Below are positions 27,008 to 41,906 of a DNA stretch of 64,000 nucleotides, in pieces. A program made the translations under genes and the position numbers. The notes under the pieces are model-generated. The model worked only from the letters and a program-made list of their open reading frames with translations. It did no database searches and was not told where the DNA came from. Origin of the DNA: Octopus vulgaris (taxonomy: Eukaryota); contig OX597816.1 of assembly GCA_951406725.2 (NCBI GenBank), positions 181,040,001-181,104,000 of the forward strand, given 5' to 3'. The first letter of the stretch is position 1. The number at the start of each line of letters is the position of its first letter.

Positions 27008-27335
27008 TACTATTCCACTATCATAAGCTAAAATACATATCTTTAATCCAGAAACGCGTATATAATTAATCAAAGCCGGGTGGATTCGTTATTTTTTCTC
27101 TTTACCTGCGCGTGTTGAGAGTGTTACTGTCTGGGAGATATCTTATGGTAGTGGAATAGTAAGTATTTAACTGCTATTTCTAAATTTCGGTATTTTTGCT
27201 GAACCTTAATTATAATTATGCTTATAATTACAGAATTTTTGTATAAGGTTACCGATAATGGTTCTTTTAACATACCGAATTACTTGGTAAAATTATTAAT
27301 TATTAATTGATTAATTAATTTTACCCTTTATTATT
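27008..27335 (+). mobile_element. PLE-like element 3' end with 20-bp 5' inverted tail
   Basis: GAAACGCGTA half-core near 27051; homologous to 49119-49450; 27008-27027 is the inverted copy of 27142-27161. Confidence 0.7.
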
Positions 27336-27649
27336 ATTATTATTATTATTACTATATTTATATACATAAAATTAATGTAGACACAGTTTGCAATTTTACA
27401 GTATAAAGGAAGACTATAATCGTCATTGAATGTGACTAGGGTGTTAGAAACATTACATTGCGAGAAATAAAAGTGTTTTCGGACAATTACAGTCCCTGTC
27501 AGTATGTATGTATACAATTATGTGCTTTGACTACAGCATTAGAACATTTTAGCTCTAATTTCTAGCAATGTAGGTGTTTCTAACACTCAAGTGACATTTA
27601 GTACATACATACATACATACATACATACATACATACATACATACATACA

Positions 27650-27681
<32 letters not shown>

Positions 27682-27860
27682 GAAAATTAAAAATAAAATA
27701 ATGATAAAAATAAAAATTAAATGAAAAATATGTGGAAATTTTTACCGGTGAGTGTGTTAAATTATAAGGCACCAAAAGAGAATACTCTCCCCAGACACAA
27801 CAGAATATCCTTCAACATACGAATTCACATAAAGAATCTTGCAAACCAAATCCAAAAACG

Positions 27861-27901
<41 letters not shown>

Positions 27902-28499
27902 AGCTTAGAGAAGAAGAAACGAAACCAAACCAAACGAATCGAATCGAATCGACGCGAAGGCGCTCAGTCATACAATAGTGTAATAAATAAAATATATGCA
28001 TACATACAAACATATATATACGTACCTACATCTACATGTATATATACATGCATATATAAATATATACACGTGTGTACAGGTCACCAGAAATAGACGTAGA
28101 ACTCAACGAGAAACGAAAACGTAAAAACAGCATGGAACGGACCATTTTTTTAACAACGAAAAAACAGAGTACAAGACAACTACACAAGCTGTCCCTAGTT
28201 CAACACCAGCATGTTTCGAAGGTGAGGACAGAACACGTCTCGTCGAACTAATCCTTCCTGCGAAAGAATTAAATAAAATTCCTTTGCAGAGGGGTAAAAA
28301 CAAGGAAAAAAATGTGACAAAAACAGGACGTAAAAACAATACAATTACAAAAAATACAGTACAAGAAGGAATAGAAGCAGGACAGGAAAACAAATAAAGA
28401 GGGCCTAAAAGCCTAGACGAGGAAAAAAATTTTTTTTTCACAAGCGCAGGAAGAAACATGTTTACTTGAACAAGGCCGCCGGCGATATATATATATGTA

Positions 28500-28980
28500 T
28501 ATATAATTTAAATAATCAGAAAATGGAGAAAAAATTTTATCAGCAAACAAACAAATTGGACCACATCTGTAGGTTATTTTTTAATACAAAACATGACATA
28601 ACATTTCTTACGTTACGAAAGCATTTCGAAAATAATATTCATCTTCATAGGACATCCAATCTAGTACGTGGAGATTCATCAGAATGAATACAAATGCATA
28701 AAATAAAATAAACGAAGGGAAAAGGGAATAGGAAAGAACATATTGAGCCTCCTGGCCCCTTCTTGAGGCCATGTTCTATGTACTAGATCGAATGTCCTAT
28801 GAAGATCACGAATATTAATTGCGAAATTCTTTCGTATCACCGACTGGCATTGTAAGCGGAAACGGCCGTAAGAAATGTTATGTCATGTTTTGTATTAAAA
28901 AATAATCTACAGGAGTGGTCCAATTTGTTTGTTTGTTTGTTGATCAAAAGTTTACTCCATTTTCTGATTATTTAAATTTA
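28500..28980. mobile_element. Inverted pair of PLE-like units (28503-28685 minus / 28780-28980 plus)
   Basis: Long inverted homology; CTGATGA on the minus copy, GAAACGGCCGTA on the plus copy; third fragment at 35618-35712. Confidence 0.7.
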
Positions 28981-29139
28981 ATTCCTGATAAACTTTTGTT
29001 TATTCAGTTATTACCTGTACCCTACGAGCATAGTTTTCCTGCATACCCATGCCCATGGATAGCACAGGTAACTGATACCGATAGTAAATCCGGATATTTT
29101 TATCCCTTAGTCGGTTAGCATAACTGCTACCAGTGCTTG

Positions 29140-29495
<356 letters not shown>

Positions 29496-30702
29496 AATTT
29501 TAGATGCTATACATGTGCATGCTTGTGTGCATTATTTCTTTAAGTACACGACTATGTTTAAATTTTAGCTTTTCATTTTAGATTTTTTCATACTTTCTTA
29601 GTTTTTAAAGTTGGTTTAGAACAATAGAGTTCCTGAATTTATATTCAACATTTCCAGATCTTCATGGACTCGTTTTTAAGAACTGAATATATTTGGCTTG
29701 TGTATTGTTTCTCATATCCTGGTTGAATTCGAGTTGAATTCGAGTGGACTTTGCCACCAAATGTTTTTTGACCCTTAGATTCATGCAGCAGCTATCACAT
29801 GTTCATTTGTTTGTCGCAGTCACATCTTAACTGTTTTGCTTTATATTTTATGCTAGTAGCCACGGGTTAACCTTACACACTGATTCACTCGTTATTACGT
29901 AAACAACTCTCCAGTGATGGAGGAATACAGTAGATCGCTGAATTCTTTTTTTTTATTAGAAAGCAATACTTTTCAAACAAGTGATAACATAATGAAAAAT
30001 CTAACCCATGATGCAAAACAACAGAACGTTAGATTTTCTGAATGACATCAGCAAAAATATGACTAATAGTTTTCTTTTGAAAATTAATAAAAGTTCTTAG
30101 AATCTGCTCAAAACAATTCACGGATGTGATGACGTCAAAACAAATCTGTCCAATCAGATTTGTTTTTGACAATCAAGAATTTCTAATATAAAGCAGACAA
30201 AAGCTCGAGCTGGTGGTTCGTTCAGGAAGTAGCGAACTGATGCCTACAAGCCAGTCCGGAAGATAAGATGTTAGTAACATGTAAAAACAAGAGAAGCTGA
30301 TAGCAGTGAGCAACGAAGTATGATTGCATGCAGATTCTGTCTTGCGAATAATTTCGACTGATTCTATTTTGACAATACGTACTTTAAAATTAGTTAACTA
30401 TTTCGATATATCAAGTCATCACCACAAAGAAAAATCCCGTTTTATCAAAAACAAAAAGACATAATATTGAAAAATGAATTGTTTCTCGCATCTGGTTTGG
30501 TTTTCTAAAGAAACTATAAATACATGTTGAATAACCGATTTCGGCTCATATTTCATATCTGACAAATCTGGCTTATCGTTCATTTTAATTTCAGAGTTTT
30601 CGTATTTTCTTGGAACAGTAGAATCCTTAAATTTATACTCGATGTTTCCAAACTTATACTCGATGTATCATTTTCAAGACTTGAATATATTTGGCGTCTG
30701 TA

Positions 30703-30904
30703 TTGAAGGAGGACGAAAGAGAAGCAGACAGAGAAACTCCTGGACTGACAATATTAAAGACTGAACAGCTCACGACAACATGACCCTGCTACGCATGACA
30801 GGGAACAGTAACCAATAGAGATGGCTAACTGCAAAAGTGTCTGCAGTGGCACCCCAACTACTGGCTGCAAAAGTTAAGGGTGCTTGATGATGATGATGAT
30901 GATT
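30703..30904 (+). mobile_element. RTE LINE 3' end with (GAT)n tail
   Basis: EGGRKRSRQRNSWTDNIKD*T..LLRMT; interrupts one copy of a local duplication. Confidence 0.75.
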
Positions 30905-31939
30905 GCGTCTTATATACTGTTTGAATTCGTGTAATCTTTCTCATCAAAAACTTTTTGATCGTTAGCTTCATGTATCAGAAGTCACATGCTGATTTGCTTG
31001 TCACGGTCAAATTTTAACCGTTTGTTTTTAATTTTTATGCCAGTATACGCGGGTTCATTTTTTCATTTGTTTGTTCGCATGTTATTTTTGGTATTGTATT
31101 GTGATATGATAATACCTTGTATAATTAATCTATTTTTGCGTAGAATTTTATAAAGTATGTAAGAATTCTCCACTAGTATTTCCCTCACTTTGTTTTGTAA
31201 TGTGTGGTGTAATGCTATGCAATAGCTCCATGTGGCAAGTGAACGATGAGATTATAGGATAGTGTTGTACTGATCTGTCCAATCTAATAACAAGAGTCCT
31301 GAAGTTTTCAACATTCAAATTACAATAAAATTTATAGATCAAAATTATCATCCACAGTTTGTTCTCGAGTTTATATGCTTGTCATGTGTTACTTATAGTT
31401 TTTGGTTTTGATATTTTTGTTGTATGTACAACAAAAATGGACTAAATGAACCGCCAAAAACGATCTGAAGAAATTTGGCTACCCAAGCACTCTGTCAAGT
31501 TTAATACTTATGTTAACTGATACTAATTATTGCTTGATTAAGTCATTCTTAAGCATAAATGGTCGCAGTTTAACACCAGATTTACACCAGATAACATAAA
31601 CACGAAGGCAGACCCACATCTTTATACACAAGATATAGACTCTAGTGTGTGTAATACTGTTAGCTTAAAACATTGACAAGCTGAGAAAAGCGTGTACATG
31701 TTTGTGTATGAGTGTATAAGTTCGTAAGTGTATGTGTGCACATGAGTTGGCTTAATGGCTTCTTTATTCAGTTGCATTTAACGTATGGCTATCAAAAATC
31801 ATCTGTCGGCAAAATAAGTATCCACGGTGGATCTTCTATACGGACGCCCAGATTTTAGAAATAGCAGTCAAGTCTCTCTCAAACCATAACCAAGTCGGAC
31901 GAAAGAAAAATACATTTAACACTGTAGTCCTAGATGTGT

Positions 31940-33160
31940 GTGTGTAAGTCAAAACCTATACACACTCTTGTTTCCGTAATTTATAAAAACAAATCAAGGA
32001 TTGAACAATTACATCGTTTTTTGACAGTTTCATTGCTTTTCAATGATCTTCTTCCAGCAACCCACAAACTTGCTGATTCCATCAAGGAAGAAGATTTTCG
32101 ACTCGTTCTGCAGCCCTTTATGCACCGCTTTCTGTGTGCTTTCGTCCTTAGCAAAACGGCGATGTCGTAAATGATGTTTGAGTGCTCCAAAGAGGTAATA
32201 TTCGGAATGGCCGAGACCTGGGTTGTATGCAGGGACTTCCAGCAACCCGAAACACAAGTTTTCAATGGTATCAACACAATAAGGGCGACCGTATGTGGAC
32301 CTCGGAGTTAGGTGCAAGTTGCTGGTTTCACTCTGTTGGCCAGCAATTCTCTGTAGCCTACACAAGTGACTGTAAACCCCTTTTCCAAATAATGTTCCAG
32401 TATAGGCCCCTTTGTATCCAGGCCAACGGTTAGAATAGCTTTTTATGTGGAAGGTTGAGTCTTGCATTTCTTATTCACTGGCAATTCCGGTTGTTTCCAC
32501 TCCATACTCTGTCTTTTGGATTCTCGCTCAAAATGATGAACCTAGATCTCATCTCCTGTAACTGTTTGCTCCAGAAAAAGCTCCATCTTTATCGTTTTAG
32601 TGGTCGAATAAGTGTTGACATATCTCTACACGATTGCGCTTGCGCATCCATTTTTCTTGGCACCCATCTTGCCCAGATTTAACGGTAGCGAAGCTTGTGG
32701 ATGATTTTGTATACAGAATCATCACTAATTTGTAGAGAACATGCCACCTCAACGATGGTCACTCATCAGTTCGCCAGAGCCATCTCTCAACTTTGCTGGA
32801 TCTTCACGTCAGTGGTTGAAGGTTGATAGGCGTCCAGCTCTCTCTGCGTTTTCATTTAAAAACTTCTCGGTTCACTCATATACATTTCAACGCGGTAGAA
32901 CGCTATCTCCATAATATACGGAAAGCCTGCGATGCATTTTAGCCCCTGATAAACATTCAAACAATAGAAATCTTAAAACACTGCCAGCAGCAGAGCAGTT
33001 ATGTTTTCTATGTAACACAAAAAGAAATTTGGTGATCAAGGATAAATCTCGGTTGCGTAACCATGAGTGCCACTTTTTAGCATGCGAGCATTGAAGGCAA
33101 TGCGGTCAACCTAAATAAATATATGGCGAAAGAGCGGATAATTTTCGACTTTCCCTTATA
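31940..33160 (-). mobile_element. Decayed mariner element
   Basis: PAYNPGLGHSEYYLFGALKHHL..FFLDGISKFVGCWKK (YSPDLAPSDYHLF region); TIR-like cggataattttcgactttcccttata at 33135-33160. Confidence 0.75.
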
Positions 33161-33211
33161 TGTGTGTATGTGTGTGATGTGTGTATGTTTATAACAATCG
33201 ACCGTTTGAGT

Positions 33212-33265
33212 AGTCATTACTGATGATGCCTACGAAATCGGCGAAACTAGTGTAGTTTAGTGATT
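33212..33265 (+). ncRNA. Type-I hammerhead ribozyme with all three stems
   Basis: Stem I agtcatta/tagtgatt, CTGATGA 33220-33226, stem II gcc/ggc, GAA-ACTA gtg TAGT-T (GUU site). Confidence 0.8.
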
Positions 33266-33419
33266 CTAGAAACGGTCACGATGTGGTTATCTCTCCTGTC
33301 AGTGTGTATACATACGCACACACAAACACACACTCACACATATATATATATATATTGTGCTCTTCTAACAGCATTAAGATCCTTTAACTCTTATTTCTAG
33401 CAATATAGGTGCTTCGGTG

Positions 33420-33459
<40 letters not shown>

Positions 33460-33464
33460 TATAT

Positions 33465-34352
<888 letters not shown>

Positions 34353-34391
34353 TTTCATATAAAATGATTAATCAGTTAAATAATCACACGA

Positions 34392-34585
34392 AGGCGGCGA
34401 GCTGTCAGAATCGTTAGCACTCCCGAAAAATGCTTAGCAGCGTTTCGTGTGTCTATACATTCTGAATTCAACTTTGCCTTTCATCCTTTCGGAGTCGATG
34501 AAATAATTACCAGTTGAACATTAGAGTCGATGCAATCGGCTTACCACTCCCCCAAACCTGCTGGTCTTCAACCAAAATTTGAAAT
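34392..34585 (+). mobile_element. Family-A SINE
   Basis: ggcggcgagctgtcagaatcgttagcac head. Confidence 0.8.
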
Positions 34586-34660
34586 CAATCAAACCAAAAA
34601 TACTAACTAAACATAAATATATTCATGCATATAATAGACCTATAGACCTGTCTATCATTA

Positions 34661-34699
<39 letters not shown>

Positions 34700-34717
<18 letters not shown>

Positions 34718-34990
34718 GAGAATGTCTGTCTGTCTGTCTGTCTGCTTCTCTAAAACTTGAGAACTACACAACCAATTTCATTCAAATTTTACACATGCCT
34801 TACTTAGGGTCCGGGGAGTGTCATCGGCAAAAAAAATTTTCAACTTCTTGCCTAAGGCGAGCCCATTACAATATCATATCTTCTCCACTATTTCAGTATT
34901 ACCTGGTAAAAGTGAAACAAAAACATTTCTCTATTTTATGTCAGATACTTTCACTTTAACAATAAAAATAATACTAACAATTGAATTATA
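34700..34990 (+). mobile_element. Non-autonomous Helitron-like 5' fragment
   Basis: tatataaaa..(gtct)n..aactacacaaccaatttcattcaaatttt; layout similar to 39326 and 52775. Confidence 0.5.
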
Positions 34991-35390
34991 TGTAGTAAGT
35001 AATAATTATAATCAAACTAAAGTATAATATAATCGTTATAACAAAACCGTTAGATTCACTTCAACATTTAAATTTAATTTGTCAAAATATTTTCGTCGCT
35101 TTGAGACCGCGACCCGTTCACTGACAAAACTTCGTGCCATTTTGTATTTGCAATTGACTGCAACGTTTTTATCTTTTACTTGTTTCAGTCTTTAGATTGC
35201 GGCCATGCTAGGGCACCGTGTTGAAGAACTTTTTTTTAGTCGAACAAATCCAATTCATTTTTCTTTTCCTTTTTTATTTTGTAAACCTGGCACTTAATCT
35301 AGCGTCTTTTTTACCGAGCCGCTAATTGACGGGGAAGTAAATACACAAAAATCACCGGTTGTCAAGCGGTGGGGAACACACGCGCGCGCT

Positions 35391-35443
35391 CTCCTGCTGA
35401 TGAGGCAACGGAATTTGCCGGAACTGACCGATCAGTATAGGGA
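35391..35443 (+). ncRNA. Type-I hammerhead with one core mutation (GAAA>GGAA)
   Basis: Stem I ctcctg/taggga, CTGATGA 35397-35403, stem II ggcaa/ttgcc, stem III actga/tcagt, GUA site. Confidence 0.75.
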
Positions 35444-35730
35444 ATTCTCGACCGGTGCTTTCGGCTGATTACGGTCCCTGTCAGTACATGTGTATACAAT
35501 TATGTGCTTTAACTACAGCATTGGAACATTTTAGCTCTTATTTCTAGCAATGTAAGTGTTCTAACACCCTAATCACAACATTTAGTCACTTTTACTGACA
35601 ATTACACGCGCGCGCGCCTGATGAATCTACGTACCTAGATTGGATGTCCTATGCATCATTATTTTCGAAATGCTTTCGTAACGTAAGAAATGTTATATGC
35701 GCGTTTTGTATTTATATATATATATATATA

Positions 35731-36961
35731 TAGGGGTTGGACAAAATAATGAAAACACCTTAAAATTTCAAACAAATTTATTTTAATATGGGGTTGGACT
35801 ACCTTTGGCAGTAATTACAGCTTACATTCTATGAGATATGGACTCGTACAAAGTCTGAATTGTTTTCAAAGAAATTTGTATCCATTATTCAGCTAAAACA
35901 GTCCCTAGTGGAGGATATAGACTCACTTGTTTTTCTAAAATCCACCAGAAATGTTCAATAATATTGAGATCTGGGAACTGTGGTGTTCAGATAAGATGTT
36001 CAACTTCACTAGAATGTTTCTCATGCCATTCAGTAACAACTTTAGCCGTGTGAATTGGTGCATTATGATCCTGAAAGATTGCGTTTCCCTCCGGAAACAG
36101 TTCTGCAAACATAGGATGAATTTGATCAGATAAAAGGTTTAAATAGTCTTGACTATTAATTCTGCCATGAAGGGAAACCATTAGGCCGGCGGATTTCCAA
36201 GATATAGCACCCCCATCACAGATGCTCGTCCATGTTTAACAGTTGGAAGAAAGCAGTCTGGATCAAATGCTTCTTTTGGCTGTCTCCACACGTATACTCG
36301 GCCGGTGGTCGAAAATAAGGTAAAGGATGACTCGTCCGAGAAAATAACATTCTTCCACTGCTCTAAGGACCAATTCTGTAGCTTCTTACTCCACTCTAAA
36401 CGCTTTGCAACGTTTGTTTTTGAAAGTAGTGGATTTCTGATGACAGACCTCCCGTGAAACCCGGCTTTGTGCAGCTCCTGGCGAACAGTTTTTGTGGTAA
36501 CTGGGTTCTCGAAGTGGTCATTAAGCTCTGCAGTAATTTTAGGAGCTGTACTTGTGTGATCCTTTCTAGCAATTTGCGTAAGAGTCCGACGGTCCCTATC
36601 TGAAAGTTTTGGTTTTAATCCGGAGTTTTGCTTTGACGAGGAAGTTTTTCGCTTTTTCTCAAAGGATGTCATTACTTTCAAGACAGTACTTCTTGATACA
36701 CCAAACATTTCGAATGTTTTCGTTACACTAGCGCCTGCCATAAGAGCACCAACAATTTGACCTCTTTGAAAGTCAGATAGATCTGTCATTTTAATGAATT
36801 TTAATTACCTTTTTCTGATGATATCTGAAAAGAAACGGCAATTTTAGCAAAACACATTAAGCAACAATAACAATAAATCAAAAAACATAAAAATAAACAA
36901 GTTTTTGACTGTTTTATAAATATTTCAAAATTATGATGTTTCCATTATTTTGTCCAACCCT

Positions 36962-36963
<2 letters not shown>
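35731..36963 (-). mobile_element. Tc1-like transposon inserted in (TA)n; transposase pseudogene ~36789-35900
   Basis: TIRs ggggttggacaaaataatgaaaaca / tgtttccattattttgtccaaccc; DLSDFQRGQIVG, VIFSDES, FQDHNAPIH, PDLNIIE; frameshift and stop. Confidence 0.93.
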
Positions 36964-36999
<36 letters not shown>

Positions 37000-37550
37000 G
37001 ACGGTCTTATTTCAGCTGCCTTCACACATGGCAATGGTAGACACGAGGCTACAGTAGGAGACATTGGCCGAAGGTGCCACGCAGTGGCATTCACTGCGGA
37101 CCTATGTGATTAAAAAGCACAACTAATCCTGCGCTATATAATTTATTGCTAAATAAAAACTGAAATCCTCATTCTGTATACCATTTAATATGTAGCCTCA
37201 AATTATGCGAGACGGTACATTATTATAGAGTTATTTATCAATTACCTTCTCTCAGAAGCTTTAACTAAAAGGTGGCGTGGACTTTATAGGATACTAGACT
37301 GGATTACTTCGTATTACAGAAATTTCTTTCTCTGAAGATATAATGTTAAGAAAGAATTTAAAATACTCAGAACGACGTGACGAGTTTCGTTTTTGAAAAT
37401 ATGTAAGGCCAATGTGCGCATGATCGTGCACACGAGCGTGTATAAACGTGTATAAACGTGTACGGACGGGATGTATGTATGTATACACATACAAAAATAC
37501 AGACACACACACATACACAGATACACATACATACACACACACATACACAT

Positions 37551-37593
<43 letters not shown>

Positions 37594-37948
37594 TATATAT
37601 ATTTACATATATACATATATATATATATACACATACATACATATATACATATACATACATATAATATACATATATATAATACATATAATTATACATACAT
37701 ACATATCATATCATATATATACATATAATTATACATATACATATATATACATACATATATTAATACATACATACATATGCATATATATATATACACACAC
37801 ACGCACATACATACACACATACACACACAAGTGCAAACAAGGGAGTCAGAGAAAGGCAGAATGCTACTTATATCTGAACACTACTATAGAAATATTCCTT
37901 TAAAAAAACTTTTCTTCTAATTTTTCTAAATTTAATTATTTAATCGTT

Positions 37949-37987
37949 ACAGTTGAAAAGGTCTCAAAATGACCGAAACCGGTACTG
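37949..37987 (+). ncRNA. Degenerate minimal hammerhead motif
   Basis: cag-TTGAAAA-ggtc..gacc-GAAAC-CG-GTA-ctg. Confidence 0.45.
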
Positions 37988-38070
37988 AAATGTTCACTAT
38001 AAAATTATTTTAGCATTTTCTATTTTTGACTTGTTTTTTCATATATATCAACTCGTGTGTTCCTTTTCAC

Positions 38071-38142
<72 letters not shown>

Positions 38143-38194
38143 ATACATCTGCACATATGTATATATATATATAGAGAGAGATTATATATAGATG

Positions 38195-38238
<44 letters not shown>

Positions 38239-38506
38239 TGTACACGTATAGATGTATATGTATAGATGAATATATATATATATATATATATATATGTTTA
38301 TATATGTATATATGTATCTGCACATATGTGTATATATATAGATGTATATGTATGGATGTATATGTTTAGATGTACATATATATATATATATACATGTATA
38401 TATATTTACCTGGGAGACTCTTCTTATAGTAGAGGAAATAGCTAAATTCTTTGGCTGCTATTTCTAAAAGTTCTGTGTGTGGTAAAGTAATTTTTTTTTT
38501 AAACCC

Positions 38507-38554
<48 letters not shown>

Positions 38555-38711
38555 TTTATGTTTATATATGTATATATGTATGTTTTTATGTATATATATG
38601 TATAAATATATGTATGCATGTATATATGTGTATATATATATATGTGCACATATATATGTATGTACATATATGAATATATATATAGATGTATATGTAATAT
38701 AAACACATATA

Positions 38712-38749
<38 letters not shown>

Positions 38750-38751
38750 TT

Positions 38752-39108
38752 CAGGTGTGGCTGTGTGGTAAGAATGTTGGTTCCAAAACACATGGTACTG
38801 GGTTCAGTCCTACTTTATGCTAATTTGGCATGTATCATCTGCTATAGCCTCAAACTAACCAAAGCTTTCTGAGTGCATTTCGTGGACAAAAACTGAAAGA
38901 AATATATCGGATATATATGTATGTATATATGTAGTGTATGTGTGTGTCTGTGTTTCTCTCTCATCACTGCTTGACAACTGCTGTTGGTTTATTTACATCC
39001 CCATAACTTACTGGCTTGACAAGAAGAGACTGATAGAATAAGTACCAGGCTTATCAAAATAAAAAAATCTCTGGAGTCGATTCATTCGACAAAAAATTCT
39101 TCAAGCCA
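38752..39108 (+). mobile_element. SINE family B, near full length
   Basis: gtgtggctgtgtggtaag head, internal microsatellite, gatagaataagtaccaggc tail. Confidence 0.8.
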
Positions 39109-39163
39109 GTGTTTCATATTTTTGTTTGCTCTCTCAATTGTATCTATCAACCTATCTTTCTGC

Positions 39164-39215
<52 letters not shown>

Positions 39216-39325
39216 CACACGTGTATGTATATGTGCATATTTATATCTATTATATCTATATATAAAATACACACGTGTATGTATATGTGCATATTTATAT
39301 CTATTATATCTATTATACTATTATA

Positions 39326-39900
39326 TCTATTATATAAAAAGCAATGTCTTTATACGTGCTCGTGTGTTACTTATAGATTCGAAAACTACTGCACCAATCC
39401 TAATGAAATTTGGAACACAAAATCCAAGCCTTGGGAGAAAGGTAATGCTATATGTTTCATACAATTTCATGGACCAAAATTACAGAATGAATCCTTATGA
39501 TATTTGGAACTTAGATTCAATGCATAGGGGCGGATATAATGCAGTATATTTTGTTTGAATTTAAGGTAGCTTAAAGGGGGTAGAGCCCCCATGAAAATTC
39601 ATAAATTTCCGATGTTGATGAAATTTAAACTGTAGGTAATTGACAAGAAGTATTCCCAAAGTTTCCGCTTCTCATGAGTATTTTAAGACCCCCAATGCGG
39701 GCCTTAACCCCCAAATTTTAATGATTTGTTATGATCCAAAACTAGATCAAAAGTACAGAATGGATCTTTATGAAATGTGGAAATTATATTCTATGCATAA
39801 GGACAAATGTAAAGCAGTATATCGTTGAAAGTGAGGGGGGCATGAATGAAGCCCCATGGAAATTCATATATTTTTTGCTGTTGATGAAACGTTAACCATA
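39326..39900 (+). mobile_element. Helitron-like 5' end with diverged internal ~270-bp repeat
   Basis: A|TCtattatataaaa..aactactgcaccaatcctaatgaaatttgg; 39471-39630 resembles 39744-39895. Confidence 0.5.
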
Positions 39901-41514
39901 GACATTAGACACAAATGAATATTTCTAAAATTTATTATAATTAAGGTTCAGCAAAAATACCGAAATTTAGAAATAGCAGTTAAATACTTACTATTCCACT
40001 ACATTTTTCCTAAGCCAAGACGAATACAATTGTACTCTTGGAAGCTGTAGGGCTACCCAAACATACAAGATGAGCGTTATTTGTAATTTAATGGTACAAC
40101 AGTGTAAGACTTCGCTTTGAGATATACTTAGAATGTGATTTCTGCAATGTGGTGCATAAATTGTCAAGTAAGAAGAGACATCTCTGCATACACTGATTCA
40201 GTTGCAAAATGTTGAGTAAAGTTATTTGGTTGCAGACCTCCTTTGAGTCTTTTAATTATCACTGGATCAGAGATAGTTCCCAGATGGTAACATCGATTTC
40301 AAGGCCTTCCCAGATAAAAGACTGGTTATTCAAAGAGATTTATAGATTGCAAATTTATTCTGTCCAGTTACCTATCGGCATAGTGATCATTGGCAAACTC
40401 CAGAGGTGACACTTTCATTTCCCCTTAGCCCTCACGTCACACAGTTGTTAATGTTTATTTGAGTTGGGTCACGTCCTTCCTATTGCTATAGATTCATAAT
40501 GCATCTTACGGCTGTAACTGTCACCTGTATGGTGAGGAATCCTACATTGGGGAATGGTAACGACTAGGGTAGCTGACTGCTTATTGTGATCATTTGTCTT
40601 TTGGTTTCTTGTAGCTTTGCTCTCTTTTACAAACCCAGTGACCATACATATATTTCCAATTTCTAAGAAATTTGGACAATAGATATAAGACCCAAGTTTT
40701 AAAAATTCCCAACAATTCAACTTCTATGGTTGACTTTAAGACCCCCAATAGGGGCCTTGACTCCCACATTTTAGAGGACCATGTGCTCCATTTTTCAGGA
40801 GTAAAAACCATTATAATTCTTCATCTGCAATTTTGCTGAAATTCGAATCATAGATATTCCAGTTCATTAGAGATAATATTAAAAAAAAGTCTAATTCATC
40901 AATTCCATGGTATCTCTGCTAGTATATATATATATTAAAGAAGATTTAGAAATGTTAAAGTATAAAAAAAGCATTTGTGAAGAAGAAGAAGAAGAAGAAG
41001 AAGAAGAAGAAGAAGAAGAAAAAAATCACACCAACAAAAGGAAGGAAGAAAGAAGGCAAAGAAGGGAAAGGAGAAGAGAAAAAGTAAATGGAGTCAATAT
41101 AAAACAGATATATAAATAAAAATATAATAAAAATGAAAAATATGATTAATAGCAATTGAGAACAGTGGGAGCAGATTACAGTCTAAGAAGAACAAGCAAA
41201 TGGAAAATTTAGGAATGGTCAGTATTCTTATGTTCTTGTCAAAAGTTGACCTGTGTGGTGTGGTCACTATTTCAGTTCTCATAGGAGGGTTGGTGTACAT
41301 ACACACATATACATGCACACATACATATATATGCATATACATTATACGCACAGACATACAGATATGCATACATACAAGTACATATCCATACACGTATACA
41401 CACATACACACACATGTTTATACGTATACACACATATACACACACTCTTATACATATGTATACATATATATATGCACATACTCATACACACATACATATC
41501 CATATCTACACATA

Positions 41515-41572
<58 letters not shown>

Positions 41573-41591
41573 TATGTACGTATGTATGTAT

Positions 41592-41786
41592 ATTCGCCAT
41601 GATTAATCGCTAGCCACTAAACCTTTTTTTCTCTCTATTTCTATGTTCCTTTCTGTCGAAGAGCGTAGGCTCGAAACGTAAAAGACTTTCTCACTTCACG
41701 AGCGTTAAACTAGTACATCTTTTGTTGTTTACACACCCGTCTTCCTCTTTTGTTTTGCTTCGTTTTTCTTTTGTAAATTCCAACCA
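41592..41786 (+). mobile_element. PLE-like 3' end with HHR motif (41649-41684)
   Basis: HHR identical to 21373-21408; flanked by microsatellites. Confidence 0.75.
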
Positions 41787-41802
41787 TATATATATATATG
41801 GA

Positions 41803-41854
41803 AATGGATGCGTGGCGTTCGATCATATAATAATATCAATAATATATAAATATA

Positions 41855-41906
<52 letters not shown>

